A stretch of 64,000 bases of DNA from a virus (Duplodnaviria; Caudoviricetes), in IMG/VR virus record IMGVR_UViG_2974529408_000001, positions 2,893 through 66,892 of that record. One strand, 5' to 3'. The position numbers and the translations under genes were made by a program. Under the pieces are notes generated by a model. The model was not told the origin of the DNA. It did not search any database and saw only the letters and a program-made list of their open reading frames with translations. This document shows, piece after piece, positions 1 through 8,854 of this stretch (position 1 is the first letter of the stretch; each line of letters starts with the position of its first letter).

Positions 1-442
1 GAAGATGAAGCTCGCACCGATTCTGGCCCGAAACGCGATGAAGGAAGCCGAGCTGGTTTCCGTCCTGGACCAGATGTTCTACGACCTGGCGATGAAGTGG
101 TTCCCGGCGTACGAGGGGCTGAGCTTTGGCAGCGTCGTCCCCATCGTCAGCTTCGGTGACCCGATGCCCGTGGACCGCAAGGCGGTCATCGATGAGGTTA
201 TGGCATTGATCGGGGCAACGCCGCCGCTGATCACCCTGGAGATGGCCGTCGAACGGCTGTCCTCGGTGGGCTACACCTTCGGGCCGAACGCCGTGGAAGA
301 CCTGTTCGCGCTTATGGCACGGATCAGCGACACGTTGCTTGGTGGAGGGGGCGGTACCCAGACTGGTGAAGAGCTTGAGGCTGGGGACGAAGTGACCGGA
401 GACGAGGAAGAAGTCCAGGAGACTCCGGAAGAGGAAGCGTAG
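1..442 (+). CDS. portal protein, C-terminal part (gene begins upstream of window)
   Basis: Frame open from the window edge; FGDPMPVDRKAVIDEV...ITLEMAVERL resembles a portal C-terminus; acidic tail; precedes head genes. Confidence 0.7.
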   Translation, partial: KMKLAPILARNAMKEAELVSVLDQMFYDLAMKWFPAYEGLSFGSVVPIVSFGDPMPVDRKAVIDEVMALIGATPPLITLEMAVERLSSVGYTFGPNAVEDLFALMARISDTLLGGGGGTQTGEELEAGDEVTGDEEEVQETPEEEA

Positions 443-445
443 CCA

Positions 446-949
446 ATGGCAAACGTTTGGTATATTGGCGATGCCCAAGTTCGAGATATCACCCTCAATG
501 GGTCCACGTTCTCGTGGAGCATTTGGAACGGCTGGAGCATTCCAGAATCTGCGTTCACTTCTGGGCAGCTAGCTGAACTTGATGCTGACCCCGGATTCCT
601 GCTGGGGCAGACTGGGCCTCGTACTTTGCCTCCTTGGAGCCCAGACTCGACTGTGGGCCGAGAGTCCGTCTACCTTCAGCAGATGAAGGTGATTCGTGAT
701 GAAATCCCGGGCCGATTGAGCCAAGCGGCACTCGACGCCACATATGCCCCGGTTGCCCGCGCCGTCCCGACGGGCGGATCGACCGGGCAGGTGCTCACCA
801 AGACTGCCGACGGCACCGCCTGGCAGGCCGCACCCTCCGGCGGCGGGGGCGGCGGCATCGTCGAGAACCCAACGCGGCCCGGCACATTCCTCACCACCGG
901 CATCATCGAAAACCCCGCCCGCCCCGGCACCTTCCTGATTGGAGCATGA
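446..949 (+). CDS. virion fibre/adaptor-like protein
   Basis: GGSTGQVLTKTADG fibre-type motif, Gly linker, C-terminal duplicated GI(V/I)ENPxRPGTFL. Confidence 0.5.
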   Translation: MANVWYIGDAQVRDITLNGSTFSWSIWNGWSIPESAFTSGQLAELDADPGFLLGQTGPRTLPPWSPDSTVGRESVYLQQMKVIRDEIPGRLSQAALDATYAPVARAVPTGGSTGQVLTKTADGTAWQAAPSGGGGGGIVENPTRPGTFLTTGIIENPARPGTFLIGA

Positions 950-952
950 CCC

Positions 953-2182
953 ATGGCATACGTACCCGTCGGAGTGGACGACAACAACCTGCTCCCGCCC
1001 GCCGTGCGCGGCAAACTCCTCGAAACCACCGGCGCGAGCAACCTCGCCAGTTTCGTCACCCTCGGCGACTCCCGCACCCAGTTCAACGGGACCGTCAACC
1101 AGGCCGACACCTCCGGCGACAGCATCACCAAGCTCGATCGCGGCTACATGACGTGGGCGATGATCCTGCTGCGCCAGCGGATGCGGTGGCTCAAGAACGG
1201 CGGCGTCGGCGGTGACACCGTCGCCCAGATGCTCGCCCGCACCGACGCTCTCCTCGCACTGAATCCGGGCTGGCTCATCGGATTCGGCTGCATCAACTCG
1301 ATCAACAACGACGTCACCGCCGCAACGATCATCACCGACCTCACCAGCATCTTCAACAAATGCGCAGCCGCAGGCGTGCGGGTGGTGTGGGGCACCGACT
1401 GGTACTCGGCCGGCACCTCCACCACCGCCCGCAAAGCGGAGATGGACAAGGTCAACCAGTGGTTGCGGGAGCAGGCCACCACCCGCCGAGGCTTCTACCT
1501 CGCCGACTACGCCGCCCGCATGGTCGACCCCGTCACCGGTCAGATCCAGGCAGCACTCGCCTCGGACAACCTGCACCAGGACGGACCCGGCGGCTTCGTG
1601 ATGGCCCAAGAGTTGGTGCGCGTTCTCGAACCGCTGGTGCCGCCGTCAGATCGGCTCATCCACTCCAACGCCGACTCGACGAACCTCATCACCAATGGCA
1701 TGTTCGACGGCGACACCTCCGGGCGCGCCACCGGGTGGGCGTCGGGGTCGGGTGGCACCGTCACCTACACGAAGGTGGCACGCACCGACGGCTACCCCGG
1801 CTTCTGGCAGCAGGTCGCCGTGGTCGGTGCCACCGCCACCCGCCTGCGCTGGGACCTCCCGGTTGCGGGCGGCAAGTGGGTGGGCGGCGATACCGTCGTC
1901 GGCGAGCTGGAGTTCGAGACCGACCCCACCGACTGGAATGTCACCGAGTTCTCGCTGGTGGTGCACTGCTACAACGTGCCCGCCGGTCAGGTGTTCCGCG
2001 CCGTCGACTGCGTGCACGCCTCCGGAACACCGGCGCTGACGGCGGCGGCACGCCCACCCAAGGGCATCTTCCGTACCCCGGCGATCACCATCCACCCCGA
2101 CACCACCGAGGTTCGGCTCTACGTCAACTGCCTCGGCACCGGCACCTACCGGGTAGCGCGGGCACGCCTACGCAAGGTCTGA
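953..2182 (+). CDS. SGNH/GDSL-family esterase with C-terminal beta-sandwich (carbohydrate-binding-like) domain
   Basis: Blocks LGDS, GVGGDT, GCINS(N), DNLH; C-terminal NLITNGMFDG...W typical of CBM-like domains. Confidence 0.8.
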   Translation: MAYVPVGVDDNNLLPPAVRGKLLETTGASNLASFVTLGDSRTQFNGTVNQADTSGDSITKLDRGYMTWAMILLRQRMRWLKNGGVGGDTVAQMLARTDALLALNPGWLIGFGCINSINNDVTAATIITDLTSIFNKCAAAGVRVVWGTDWYSAGTSTTARKAEMDKVNQWLREQATTRRGFYLADYAARMVDPVTGQIQAALASDNLHQDGPGGFVMAQELVRVLEPLVPPSDRLIHSNADSTNLITNGMFDGDTSGRATGWASGSGGTVTYTKVARTDGYPGFWQQVAVVGATATRLRWDLPVAGGKWVGGDTVVGELEFETDPTDWNVTEFSLVVHCYNVPAGQVFRAVDCVHASGTPALTAAARPPKGIFRTPAITIHPDTTEVRLYVNCLGTGTYRVARARLRKV

Positions 2183-2243
2183 CACATGCTCGCGCCGGTA
2201 CGGCAATTCTGTACCAAACGGCATGGGGAGGAGAATCGACGAC

Positions 2244-2435
2244 ATGAGTTTCAGCGAAGCGCGGGACTGGGCCGCCAAAGGCTGGATGGACCTGTTCCGG
2301 ACGGTGAACGGCGAGTGGGGTCCGTACGATGCCGAGCACTACCTGACGGTCGTGCTGCCAGCCGACGCCCCTGATTGGCTACGCGAAGAGTTGGCATCAC
2401 AACTGGCCCGGGTCGACCTCGATCACTGGGACTGA
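2244..2435 (+). CDS. hypothetical protein
   Basis: ATG at 2244 with GGGGAGGAG RBS; 63 aa. Confidence 0.6.
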   Translation: MSFSEARDWAAKGWMDLFRTVNGEWGPYDAEHYLTVVLPADAPDWLREELASQLARVDLDHWD

Positions 2436-2439
2436 TGCC

Positions 2440-2481
2440 CCGCCCATATCCGCCGATATGCCGCCCATATCCCCGGAGATG
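2440..2481. repeat. imperfect 10-11 bp tandem repeat CCGCC(C/G)ATAT
   Basis: CCGCCCATAT 2440, CCGCCGATATG 2450, CCGCCCATAT 2461, degenerate fourth copy. Confidence 0.6.
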
Positions 2482-2513
2482 CCCACATGATGAACGAGTC
2501 TGACGCGGCACGC

Positions 2514-2519
2514 TATAAT
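2514..2519 (+). promoter_or_regulatory. SigA-type -10 element
   Basis: Perfect TATAAT in a GC-rich intergenic gap upstream of the basic-protein operon. Confidence 0.55.
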
Positions 2520-2613
2520 CGAGGCAGACGACCGGCCCGCCCCATGAAAGGCGTGGCATCGAGTCGGGTAGCCCGGAGGGCGATCACAGGCCGACGCAAG
2601 CGAAAGTGATCTG

Positions 2614-2916
2614 ATGCCAGACTACGGTTCGACACCCAAGGTGCCGAAGCGTCGTCAACGGCCCAAGATGCGACAGCAGCGTCGAGACTACAAACGGAAG
2701 CGTGACCGTGAAGGTCGCTTCGCTTCCACAGATCGTTCAGTGTCGTCTCGCCGGTATATCAGGGAACTTCGCCGAAAGTCCAAGAACCCCCGCCGTACCC
2801 GTAACACGTCCAAGAACATCTACAACGAACGTGGCGGACTCAAGTCCGCAAGTGCCAAAAGAGCGGGGAAGCGCCGAGGTACTGCTAGGAATAATTCCAA
2901 GCGAACTCGGAGGTAG
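2614..2916 (+). CDS. very Arg/Lys-rich hypothetical protein
   Basis: 100 aa, protamine-like composition, RDREGRFAS motif. Confidence 0.7.
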   Translation: MPDYGSTPKVPKRRQRPKMRQQRRDYKRKRDREGRFASTDRSVSSRRYIRELRRKSKNPRRTRNTSKNIYNERGGLKSASAKRAGKRRGTARNNSKRTRR

Positions 2917-2918
2917 AA

Positions 2919-3947
2919 GTGGCCAAGAAGCGGTACAAGAAGTACCGTCGCCGTGTTGGTGGCAATCGTGCCTGGGGCAACGCGCTTGGCGGATACCGGA
3001 CCCAAGCCCGAGTCGATGGACAGTTTGCCTCTGGCAAGGGTGGCAATCGAAAGTCCGCGTCGGCACGCCGCGCTGAGGGGTACCGCAAGAAGCAGGCCAA
3101 GGATCGCAAGCGTCGCAATCGTCGGAATGCCACGGTTGGCGCTGCGGTCGGCGCCACCATCGTAGTCGGTGCCGGAGCTTACGCTGTCCACAAGAGTCGG
3201 CAGTCGAAGGCATCGGCCACCAACGGTGTCCAGATGAAGACCTTCCGCAGTGTCCAGCGTCGGCCCAAGAAGATCGTTCCGGTCAGCGTTCCCAAGCCTG
3301 TGCCTACGGTCGGGAAGACGTCGATGGGGCGAAAGGACTTGCCCAAGAGGCCAGTCCCGCCGAAGAGCATCGTTGAGCAGGCTCGTGATATCCAGGGGCA
3401 GCGTGCGGCATCGAACGAACGCATGGGAACGTTCAAGTACCGGGGCAACAAGGGCGAATGGCGCGACCCCAACAACAAGAACAAGCAGCACGGCACCCTG
3501 AAGCCGGGGTCGCAGACGAACGGGTCTCAGGACATATTCACCGGCGTCATGCCTCGGTCAACTGGGCGCTTGAGGGCCCCAGATGCCAACGCACTGAACG
3601 CTGCCATGGAAGACTTCGCCAAGTCTCAGGGCATACAGGTCGGTGTCACTGTCAACAAGTCCATTCGGCGTACTCCGAAGATGACTAAGGGCCAGTTGGC
3701 TGGTGCCCTGCGGAAGGATCGCGCTCGGCACTCTCAGCGCGCCCTCAACAATGGTCGTGCCCTTTGGCACGGCGTCCAGACCGGACAGATCAAGACGGTG
3801 CCTGGTACCGGATCAATCAAGAGCCTGGCTGGCAATTCAGCTGCTGGCTATGCACTTCGTAATGGTGCCAACCTGTATGCTGCCAACTTCACCTTGAAGA
3901 ACACGCCCCGCAAACGGAAGCTCAAGCCCAAGCCGATGCTACCATAA
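2919..3947 (+). CDS. basic protein with GGxRAWGNALGG motif and one hydrophobic segment
   Basis: GGAGG RBS; 342 aa; N-terminal motif shared with 4208..5080. Confidence 0.8.
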   Translation: MAKKRYKKYRRRVGGNRAWGNALGGYRTQARVDGQFASGKGGNRKSASARRAEGYRKKQAKDRKRRNRRNATVGAAVGATIVVGAGAYAVHKSRQSKASATNGVQMKTFRSVQRRPKKIVPVSVPKPVPTVGKTSMGRKDLPKRPVPPKSIVEQARDIQGQRAASNERMGTFKYRGNKGEWRDPNNKNKQHGTLKPGSQTNGSQDIFTGVMPRSTGRLRAPDANALNAAMEDFAKSQGIQVGVTVNKSIRRTPKMTKGQLAGALRKDRARHSQRALNNGRALWHGVQTGQIKTVPGTGSIKSLAGNSAAGYALRNGANLYAANFTLKNTPRKRKLKPKPMLP

Positions 3948-3950
3948 GGA

Positions 3951-4208
3951 GTGATGGCAATGGCCGTCAGCCGCATGCCGCCACAGCTTCAGAAGAGCTA
4001 CCTGACTGGCAAGGTCGCGAAGCGAATCAGGTGGGGAACGCCAGGCGACTATCGTAGATGCCGGAGGCAGGCTCTCAAGCATGGGATGACTCCGCATCAA
4101 GCAGCAGGAGTATGTCAGACGCTACACAAGAAGGCCACTGGTATGTACACTGGTGATCGTCGTCACCTTGGCAAGAAGGCCAAGAGAGGCAGAAAGAAGA
4201 GGCGATAA
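3951..4208 (+). CDS. small basic head-region protein
   Basis: AGGAG RBS; IRWGTPGDYRRC...GVCQTLHKKATG motif; start may be 3954 or 3960. Confidence 0.7.
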   Translation: MMAMAVSRMPPQLQKSYLTGKVAKRIRWGTPGDYRRCRRQALKHGMTPHQAAGVCQTLHKKATGMYTGDRRHLGKKAKRGRKKRR

Positions 4209-5080
4209 TGGCCATCCGGCGTATCAGCGTCCCGAAGATTGGCGGAGGGCGCGCTTGGGGAAATGCCCTTGGTGGCTTCCGATTCCAGCATCGGAACCGT
4301 CTCGGTGAGTTCGCGCTGTCTGGGCAGAAGACGAACCGGGAACGGTACCTGGACGCTATTGCCAAGTCCCGTCGTCGGGGCAAGGTGGCCGCTGCCCGCA
4401 AGATCAAGAACCCGAATGCCACGACCCCTCACGGCAAGGCCGCGATGAAGTCGGCAGCGGCGCGGGCAACGAACGGGAAGAAGATCACCGCCGGTCTGGG
4501 AATTGCAGGTGGCACCGTAGCGGCCATCGGCATCATCCGGACCGTATCTGGTCTGTCGCCGTTCTTTGACATCAGCCGAAAGAACTTTCGCATTGGCGTC
4601 AAGCCGTCGGTTGACCTGGGGCGCAACTTCAAGTTGAGCACCATTCACTCCATTGGCATCGAGCGGACGGGTGATGACCTTTTCGACAAGGCCATCAAGC
4701 GCGGCCAAGAGGGCGTCTCCGTTGGCACTCGCCGAGCCTTCGGCAATGGCTCTCGGGGAGACCTGGCAGTTGGCATCGCCGACAACATCACTGGTCGCCA
4801 GACGCAGCTGAAGGTCGCCGGGGTCAAGCTCACCCAGGAGGGCGGCGGTGCCGGATCGGCACGACGTTGGCGATACAGCGGTGGCAACAGCAGCGGTAAG
4901 GCTGCGGTACCAGGAGCGCCCGCCTCGGCGAAGAATGCCAAGAGCAAGCGCAAGCCTGGCAAGGGTGCCCACACCGTGACCACCACTGCCAAGGGCAAGC
5001 CTGCCGTTCGGGGTCAGCGCCGAAAGAAGAAGGCAAAGGCTGCCAGCCAAAAGCGTCGGGGTCGAAGCTACACCAAGTGA
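4208..5080 (+). CDS. basic protein with GGxRAWGNALGG motif and one hydrophobic segment
   Basis: TAATG coupling to previous gene; 290 aa. Confidence 0.8.
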   Translation: MAIRRISVPKIGGGRAWGNALGGFRFQHRNRLGEFALSGQKTNRERYLDAIAKSRRRGKVAAARKIKNPNATTPHGKAAMKSAAARATNGKKITAGLGIAGGTVAAIGIIRTVSGLSPFFDISRKNFRIGVKPSVDLGRNFKLSTIHSIGIERTGDDLFDKAIKRGQEGVSVGTRRAFGNGSRGDLAVGIADNITGRQTQLKVAGVKLTQEGGGAGSARRWRYSGGNSSGKAAVPGAPASAKNAKSKRKPGKGAHTVTTTAKGKPAVRGQRRKKKAKAASQKRRGRSYTK

Positions 5081-5121
5081 TCCAGCAGGTATACTAGGTG
5101 AGAACCTAGTAGGAGGATACC

Positions 5122-5571
5122 ATGGAGTACATGCCTGCTGATCTGGCCAGGACGCTATCTGCGATGGCCAGGGGCACCCACAACGAGATTTGTGGTTTCA
5201 TCTTGGATGACTGGACGTTGATCTCCGTCCGGAATGTCGCCCAATTGCCAACCATCAGCTTTGAGATGAGTATGAATGCCATCCTCGGAGCTGTGGAGAT
5301 GGCCGCAGCATCTGGCCGGGAGATTCTGGGCACCTACCACAGCCACCCTGGCGGATCAACCGAGCCCAGTGAAACCGACCTTCATGGCTGGCCTCGATTC
5401 ATTGATGGATCATACGCTCGGTACTGGGTGGTAACCGGCGATACCGTTCGGGAGTTCGAGCGCACCGGGGAAGGATCGGAGATTGGCTTCCAGCTCATTC
5501 ATTCTATCGGAATCGGGGTCGTCGTCAAAAGACCCGAAGAAGGTATGGATCAATCGGTACCTGAGGATTGA
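5122..5571 (+). CDS. JAB/MPN (JAMM) metalloprotease
   Basis: NEICGFI ... YHSHPGGSTEPSETD = E-x(n)-HSH-x7-S-x2-D JAMM motif; AGGAGG RBS. Confidence 0.9.
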   Translation: MEYMPADLARTLSAMARGTHNEICGFILDDWTLISVRNVAQLPTISFEMSMNAILGAVEMAAASGREILGTYHSHPGGSTEPSETDLHGWPRFIDGSYARYWVVTGDTVREFERTGEGSEIGFQLIHSIGIGVVVKRPEEGMDQSVPED

Positions 5572-6430
5572 TCGTGAGTTCAACAAGGAACTCAATGAAG
5601 CACTTGTTCAAGCTGCCGAAGATGTTGAGCGGGAAGTTACTGAGCTCTTCGCCAAAGCCGGTGTGGGAGCCACTGTCCGCCGCGCTCAGCTCACAGGAGC
5701 TTCAGGAGTTATCACAAAAGTCCTCCATGCTCTATTTCTTTCCTCGGGAACACTCATTGGAACGTACCGAGCGAAAGCCGCGACCGAATCCGTCAAGGCC
5801 GCCAATGTCTGGGATGATGAGGTACTCAAAGCCCTCATACCGGACCCGGCGAAGCGTAAGGTCTTCAAGTCCAGTCTTGAGCTTACCGCATCACGCAATG
5901 TGGAGGCCATGGTCAAGCGAGTCACCGGTGACACGGTCACTCTGAGCCGGAGGGTCTACCGAAGTGAAGCGTTGGCTCGTGGGCAGATTGACCGTGTCAT
6001 CAACTCCAGCTTGGCTAAAGGCGACAGTGCTGCTGAGCTCGCACGCAAGGCGAGAGCCTTTATCCACCCTTCTACTCCTGGTGGAGCTTCTTTCGCTGCT
6101 AAGCGTCTTGGCCGTACTGAGATCAATAATGCGTTTCATGCCCAAGCAATCGAAACCAACAAGAGCCGACCTTGGGTTAGTCAAATCCGATGGCACCTCA
6201 GTGGCAGTCACACACCACGACCTGGTGATCCATGCGAACGGTACTACCGACAGGGAGTATTCCCTGTGGGATCAACTCCAAAGAAGCCACACCCACAGTG
6301 CCTCTGTTATATCACTCCAGAAGTACCGCCAATCGAGGTGATCCTCCAGCAGTACGAATCGGGGATATACGACCAATGGTTGGCCGATAACAGGCTCGAA
6401 CGTGACAGTAGGGTATTATCACCTGCGTAA
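5483..6430 (+). CDS. MuF-like minor capsid protein
   Basis: RLGRTEINNAF ... W ... C ... HPQCLC MuF signature; position before scaffold; start uncertain. Confidence 0.8.
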   Translation: MASSSFILSESGSSSKDPKKVWINRYLRIDREFNKELNEALVQAAEDVEREVTELFAKAGVGATVRRAQLTGASGVITKVLHALFLSSGTLIGTYRAKAATESVKAANVWDDEVLKALIPDPAKRKVFKSSLELTASRNVEAMVKRVTGDTVTLSRRVYRSEALARGQIDRVINSSLAKGDSAAELARKARAFIHPSTPGGASFAAKRLGRTEINNAFHAQAIETNKSRPWVSQIRWHLSGSHTPRPGDPCERYYRQGVFPVGSTPKKPHPQCLCYITPEVPPIEVILQQYESGIYDQWLADNRLERDSRVLSPA

Positions 6431-6455
6431 AGGGATCAACGAACCGGAGGTTCAC

Positions 6456-7241
6456 ATGTACGGCTTGAAGCCACTGAAGGCGCTCTCGGAAGCCACTGCC
6501 ATTCCATTCTGGTCGCTCAGCATCTATGGTGCGGAGGGCGAAGATGGTGGCGACGGTGGCGACGGCCAGGGCGGCGGCGATGACGGCGGCGACGACGATG
6601 GTGGTGATGACGGGGGTGACGAAGACAAGACCGACTTCTCGGCTATCAGCGACCCCAAGGAACGCCGCATCGCCGAGCTGAGCGACGAGGCTGCCAAGGC
6701 TCGCATCGCCAAGCGCGAGATGAAGAAGGAGCACACCGCCCAGATCAATGATCTCAACAAGCGGATCAAGGACCTGGAGAAGGCTGCCAAGGGCGGCGAG
6801 GGTGGCCCCGAGATCACCGACGAGATTCGGGCCGAGATCGAGCAGCCCCACGTCGAGAAGATCGGCCATCTGGAGAAGTTCGCCTACCGGCAGGCCATCG
6901 AGAATGCCATCCTCAAGGAGTCCGTGGCGGACGGGACCGCTCGCCGGGTTTGGTTCGACACCTCCGACGTGATCGCCAACCTCGACATGGATGCAATCGA
7001 CTTCGACCTTGAATCAGGTAGTATCGACGGTATCGCGGACGAGCTGAACCGCATCGCCTCAGCCAAGCCCCATCTCGTGAAGGAGAAGGGCAAGGCCAAG
7101 AAGAAGGAAGATGATGGCCAGCAGAGCCGCAGGGGAGCTTCTGGGAGACAACCTGGCGGTGCCGGGGCCCAAATCCATGGTATGGATAAGTCACGAAGAG
7201 ATGAACTGGGCGCCAAGTACCCGGTTCTGAATCGCCGCTAG
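6456..7241 (+). CDS. capsid scaffolding protein
   Basis: GGAGG RBS before ATG 6456; acidic Gly/Asp N-terminus, coiled coil, upstream of capsid genes. Confidence 0.75.
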   Translation: MYGLKPLKALSEATAIPFWSLSIYGAEGEDGGDGGDGQGGGDDGGDDDGGDDGGDEDKTDFSAISDPKERRIAELSDEAAKARIAKREMKKEHTAQINDLNKRIKDLEKAAKGGEGGPEITDEIRAEIEQPHVEKIGHLEKFAYRQAIENAILKESVADGTARRVWFDTSDVIANLDMDAIDFDLESGSIDGIADELNRIASAKPHLVKEKGKAKKKEDDGQQSRRGASGRQPGGAGAQIHGMDKSRRDELGAKYPVLNRR

Positions 7242-7261
7242 TCCAAGAAAGGTAGTAGACT

Positions 7262-7651
7262 GTGAGCGCAGACTACGACAAGTACGAGCCGTACTCCAAC
7301 GGCTTTCGTGCGATCCTCAACGCTGACTTCACGGATGACACCAAGTTCGGTGTCCCCCTGGGTGTTGGCCTGAACGCCAACGGTCTCCTCGTCGTCGGAG
7401 CCGGTCAGACCGGCATCGTGGGCGTGATGATCCTCGGCAAGAAGAAGAAGGCTGGCGCCGCAGTCGACACCATGACGTCCGGTGAGATCACCGGCTTCGC
7501 GGGAGTCGCTGGCACCAAGTACTTCGCTGATGCCTCCACCGGAGAGCTCAGCGCAACGGATGGCGCGGGCAAGACGTTCATCGGCTTCACCGCCGAGGCT
7601 GACCGTCTGATCGTTCGCACCGGCTCCAACTACAAGACCCCCACGGTCTGA
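7262..7651 (+). CDS. capsid decoration/cement protein
   Basis: 129 aa Gly-rich beta protein between scaffold and major capsid. Confidence 0.6.
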   Translation: MSADYDKYEPYSNGFRAILNADFTDDTKFGVPLGVGLNANGLLVVGAGQTGIVGVMILGKKKKAGAAVDTMTSGEITGFAGVAGTKYFADASTGELSATDGAGKTFIGFTAEADRLIVRTGSNYKTPTV

Positions 7652-7665
7652 GAGGAACCAGAACA

Positions 7666-8853
7666 ATGAGCGCAATGAACATGTTGCTCCTGGCTCCCAT
7701 CTATGGAGCTGAGCGTCGCAACGGTTACCTGACCGAAGCTGACATCGTCCGGACCACCATCGACGGCGTTGACCTCAACGCCCTGTGGCAGGACTTCCAG
7801 GACTCGGTGAACATCATCAACGAGCACCTGGGTCGACTCGTGGAGCTGCTGACCTTCCCGGTCACCAACCCCATCGAGACCGTCCCGCAGGTCGGCGCCA
7901 CCGAGTTCGAGCTGGCTACCGAGTTCGGTATCCCTCGGTCGCGCAAGGTTGAGGTCGACTACTTCCACCTCGGCTACGACTTCGATGACTACGATGGTCG
8001 TATCGCATACACGTGGAAGTTCCTGCGTGATGCGGACGCCCGTCAGGTCGAGGCCGTCCACCAGAAGAACCTGGAGGCCGATGGTCGCCTGGTCTTCCGC
8101 AAGGTCATGGAAGCCATCTTCGACAACCGGAACCGTGAGGCGGACATTCGTGACCGCCCGTACACGGTCTACCCGTTGTACAACGGTGATGGCACCGTGC
8201 CGCCGAGCTACAAGGGCGTCACCTTCGACGGCAACCACTCGCACTACTTGGTCTCGGGCGCTGCGGCGATCGACTCCAAGGACGTCGAGGACATGTACGA
8301 CCACATCGCCGAGCATGGCTATGGCATCGAGAATGGCACCACGTTCATCCTCTTCGTCAACAAGCAGCAGCTCAACGCGATCCGCACCTGGCGTCGCGGC
8401 GTGACCAACGCCAACGGTGCAGTGGCAACGTACGACTACATCCCGTCGCCCACTCGCCCGGCCATGTTCCTGCCCAACGCCGAGGGCCTGCTGGGCTCCC
8501 AGCCGCCTGCGGCATGGAATGGTCTGCCGGTGGACGGATCGTACGGTGACATCCTGATCATCGAAGAGCCGATGGTTCCGGCCAACTACCTCTTCATGTT
8601 CGGCACTGGCGGAGCTGGCAACCTCCAGAACGTCGTGGGCATCCGTGAGCACGAGGCCGAAGCCTACCGTGGCCTTCGCCTCATGCCGGGCAACCAGGCT
8701 CGGTACCCGCTCGTGGATTCGTACTACGGTCGGTCGTTTGGCACCGGTGTCCGCCAGCGTGCGGGCGCGGCCGTGATGCAGATCAAGGCCAGCGGCACGT
8801 ACGACATTCCCAACCAGTACAAGCGTGGCACCGGCCTGACCGTGGGAGTCTGA
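7666..8853 (+). CDS. major capsid protein
   Basis: 395 aa, strongly biased codon usage, canonical position. Confidence 0.85.
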   Translation: MSAMNMLLLAPIYGAERRNGYLTEADIVRTTIDGVDLNALWQDFQDSVNIINEHLGRLVELLTFPVTNPIETVPQVGATEFELATEFGIPRSRKVEVDYFHLGYDFDDYDGRIAYTWKFLRDADARQVEAVHQKNLEADGRLVFRKVMEAIFDNRNREADIRDRPYTVYPLYNGDGTVPPSYKGVTFDGNHSHYLVSGAAAIDSKDVEDMYDHIAEHGYGIENGTTFILFVNKQQLNAIRTWRRGVTNANGAVATYDYIPSPTRPAMFLPNAEGLLGSQPPAAWNGLPVDGSYGDILIIEEPMVPANYLFMFGTGGAGNLQNVVGIREHEAEAYRGLRLMPGNQARYPLVDSYYGRSFGTGVRQRAGAAVMQIKASGTYDIPNQYKRGTGLTVGV

Positions 8854-8854
8854 C

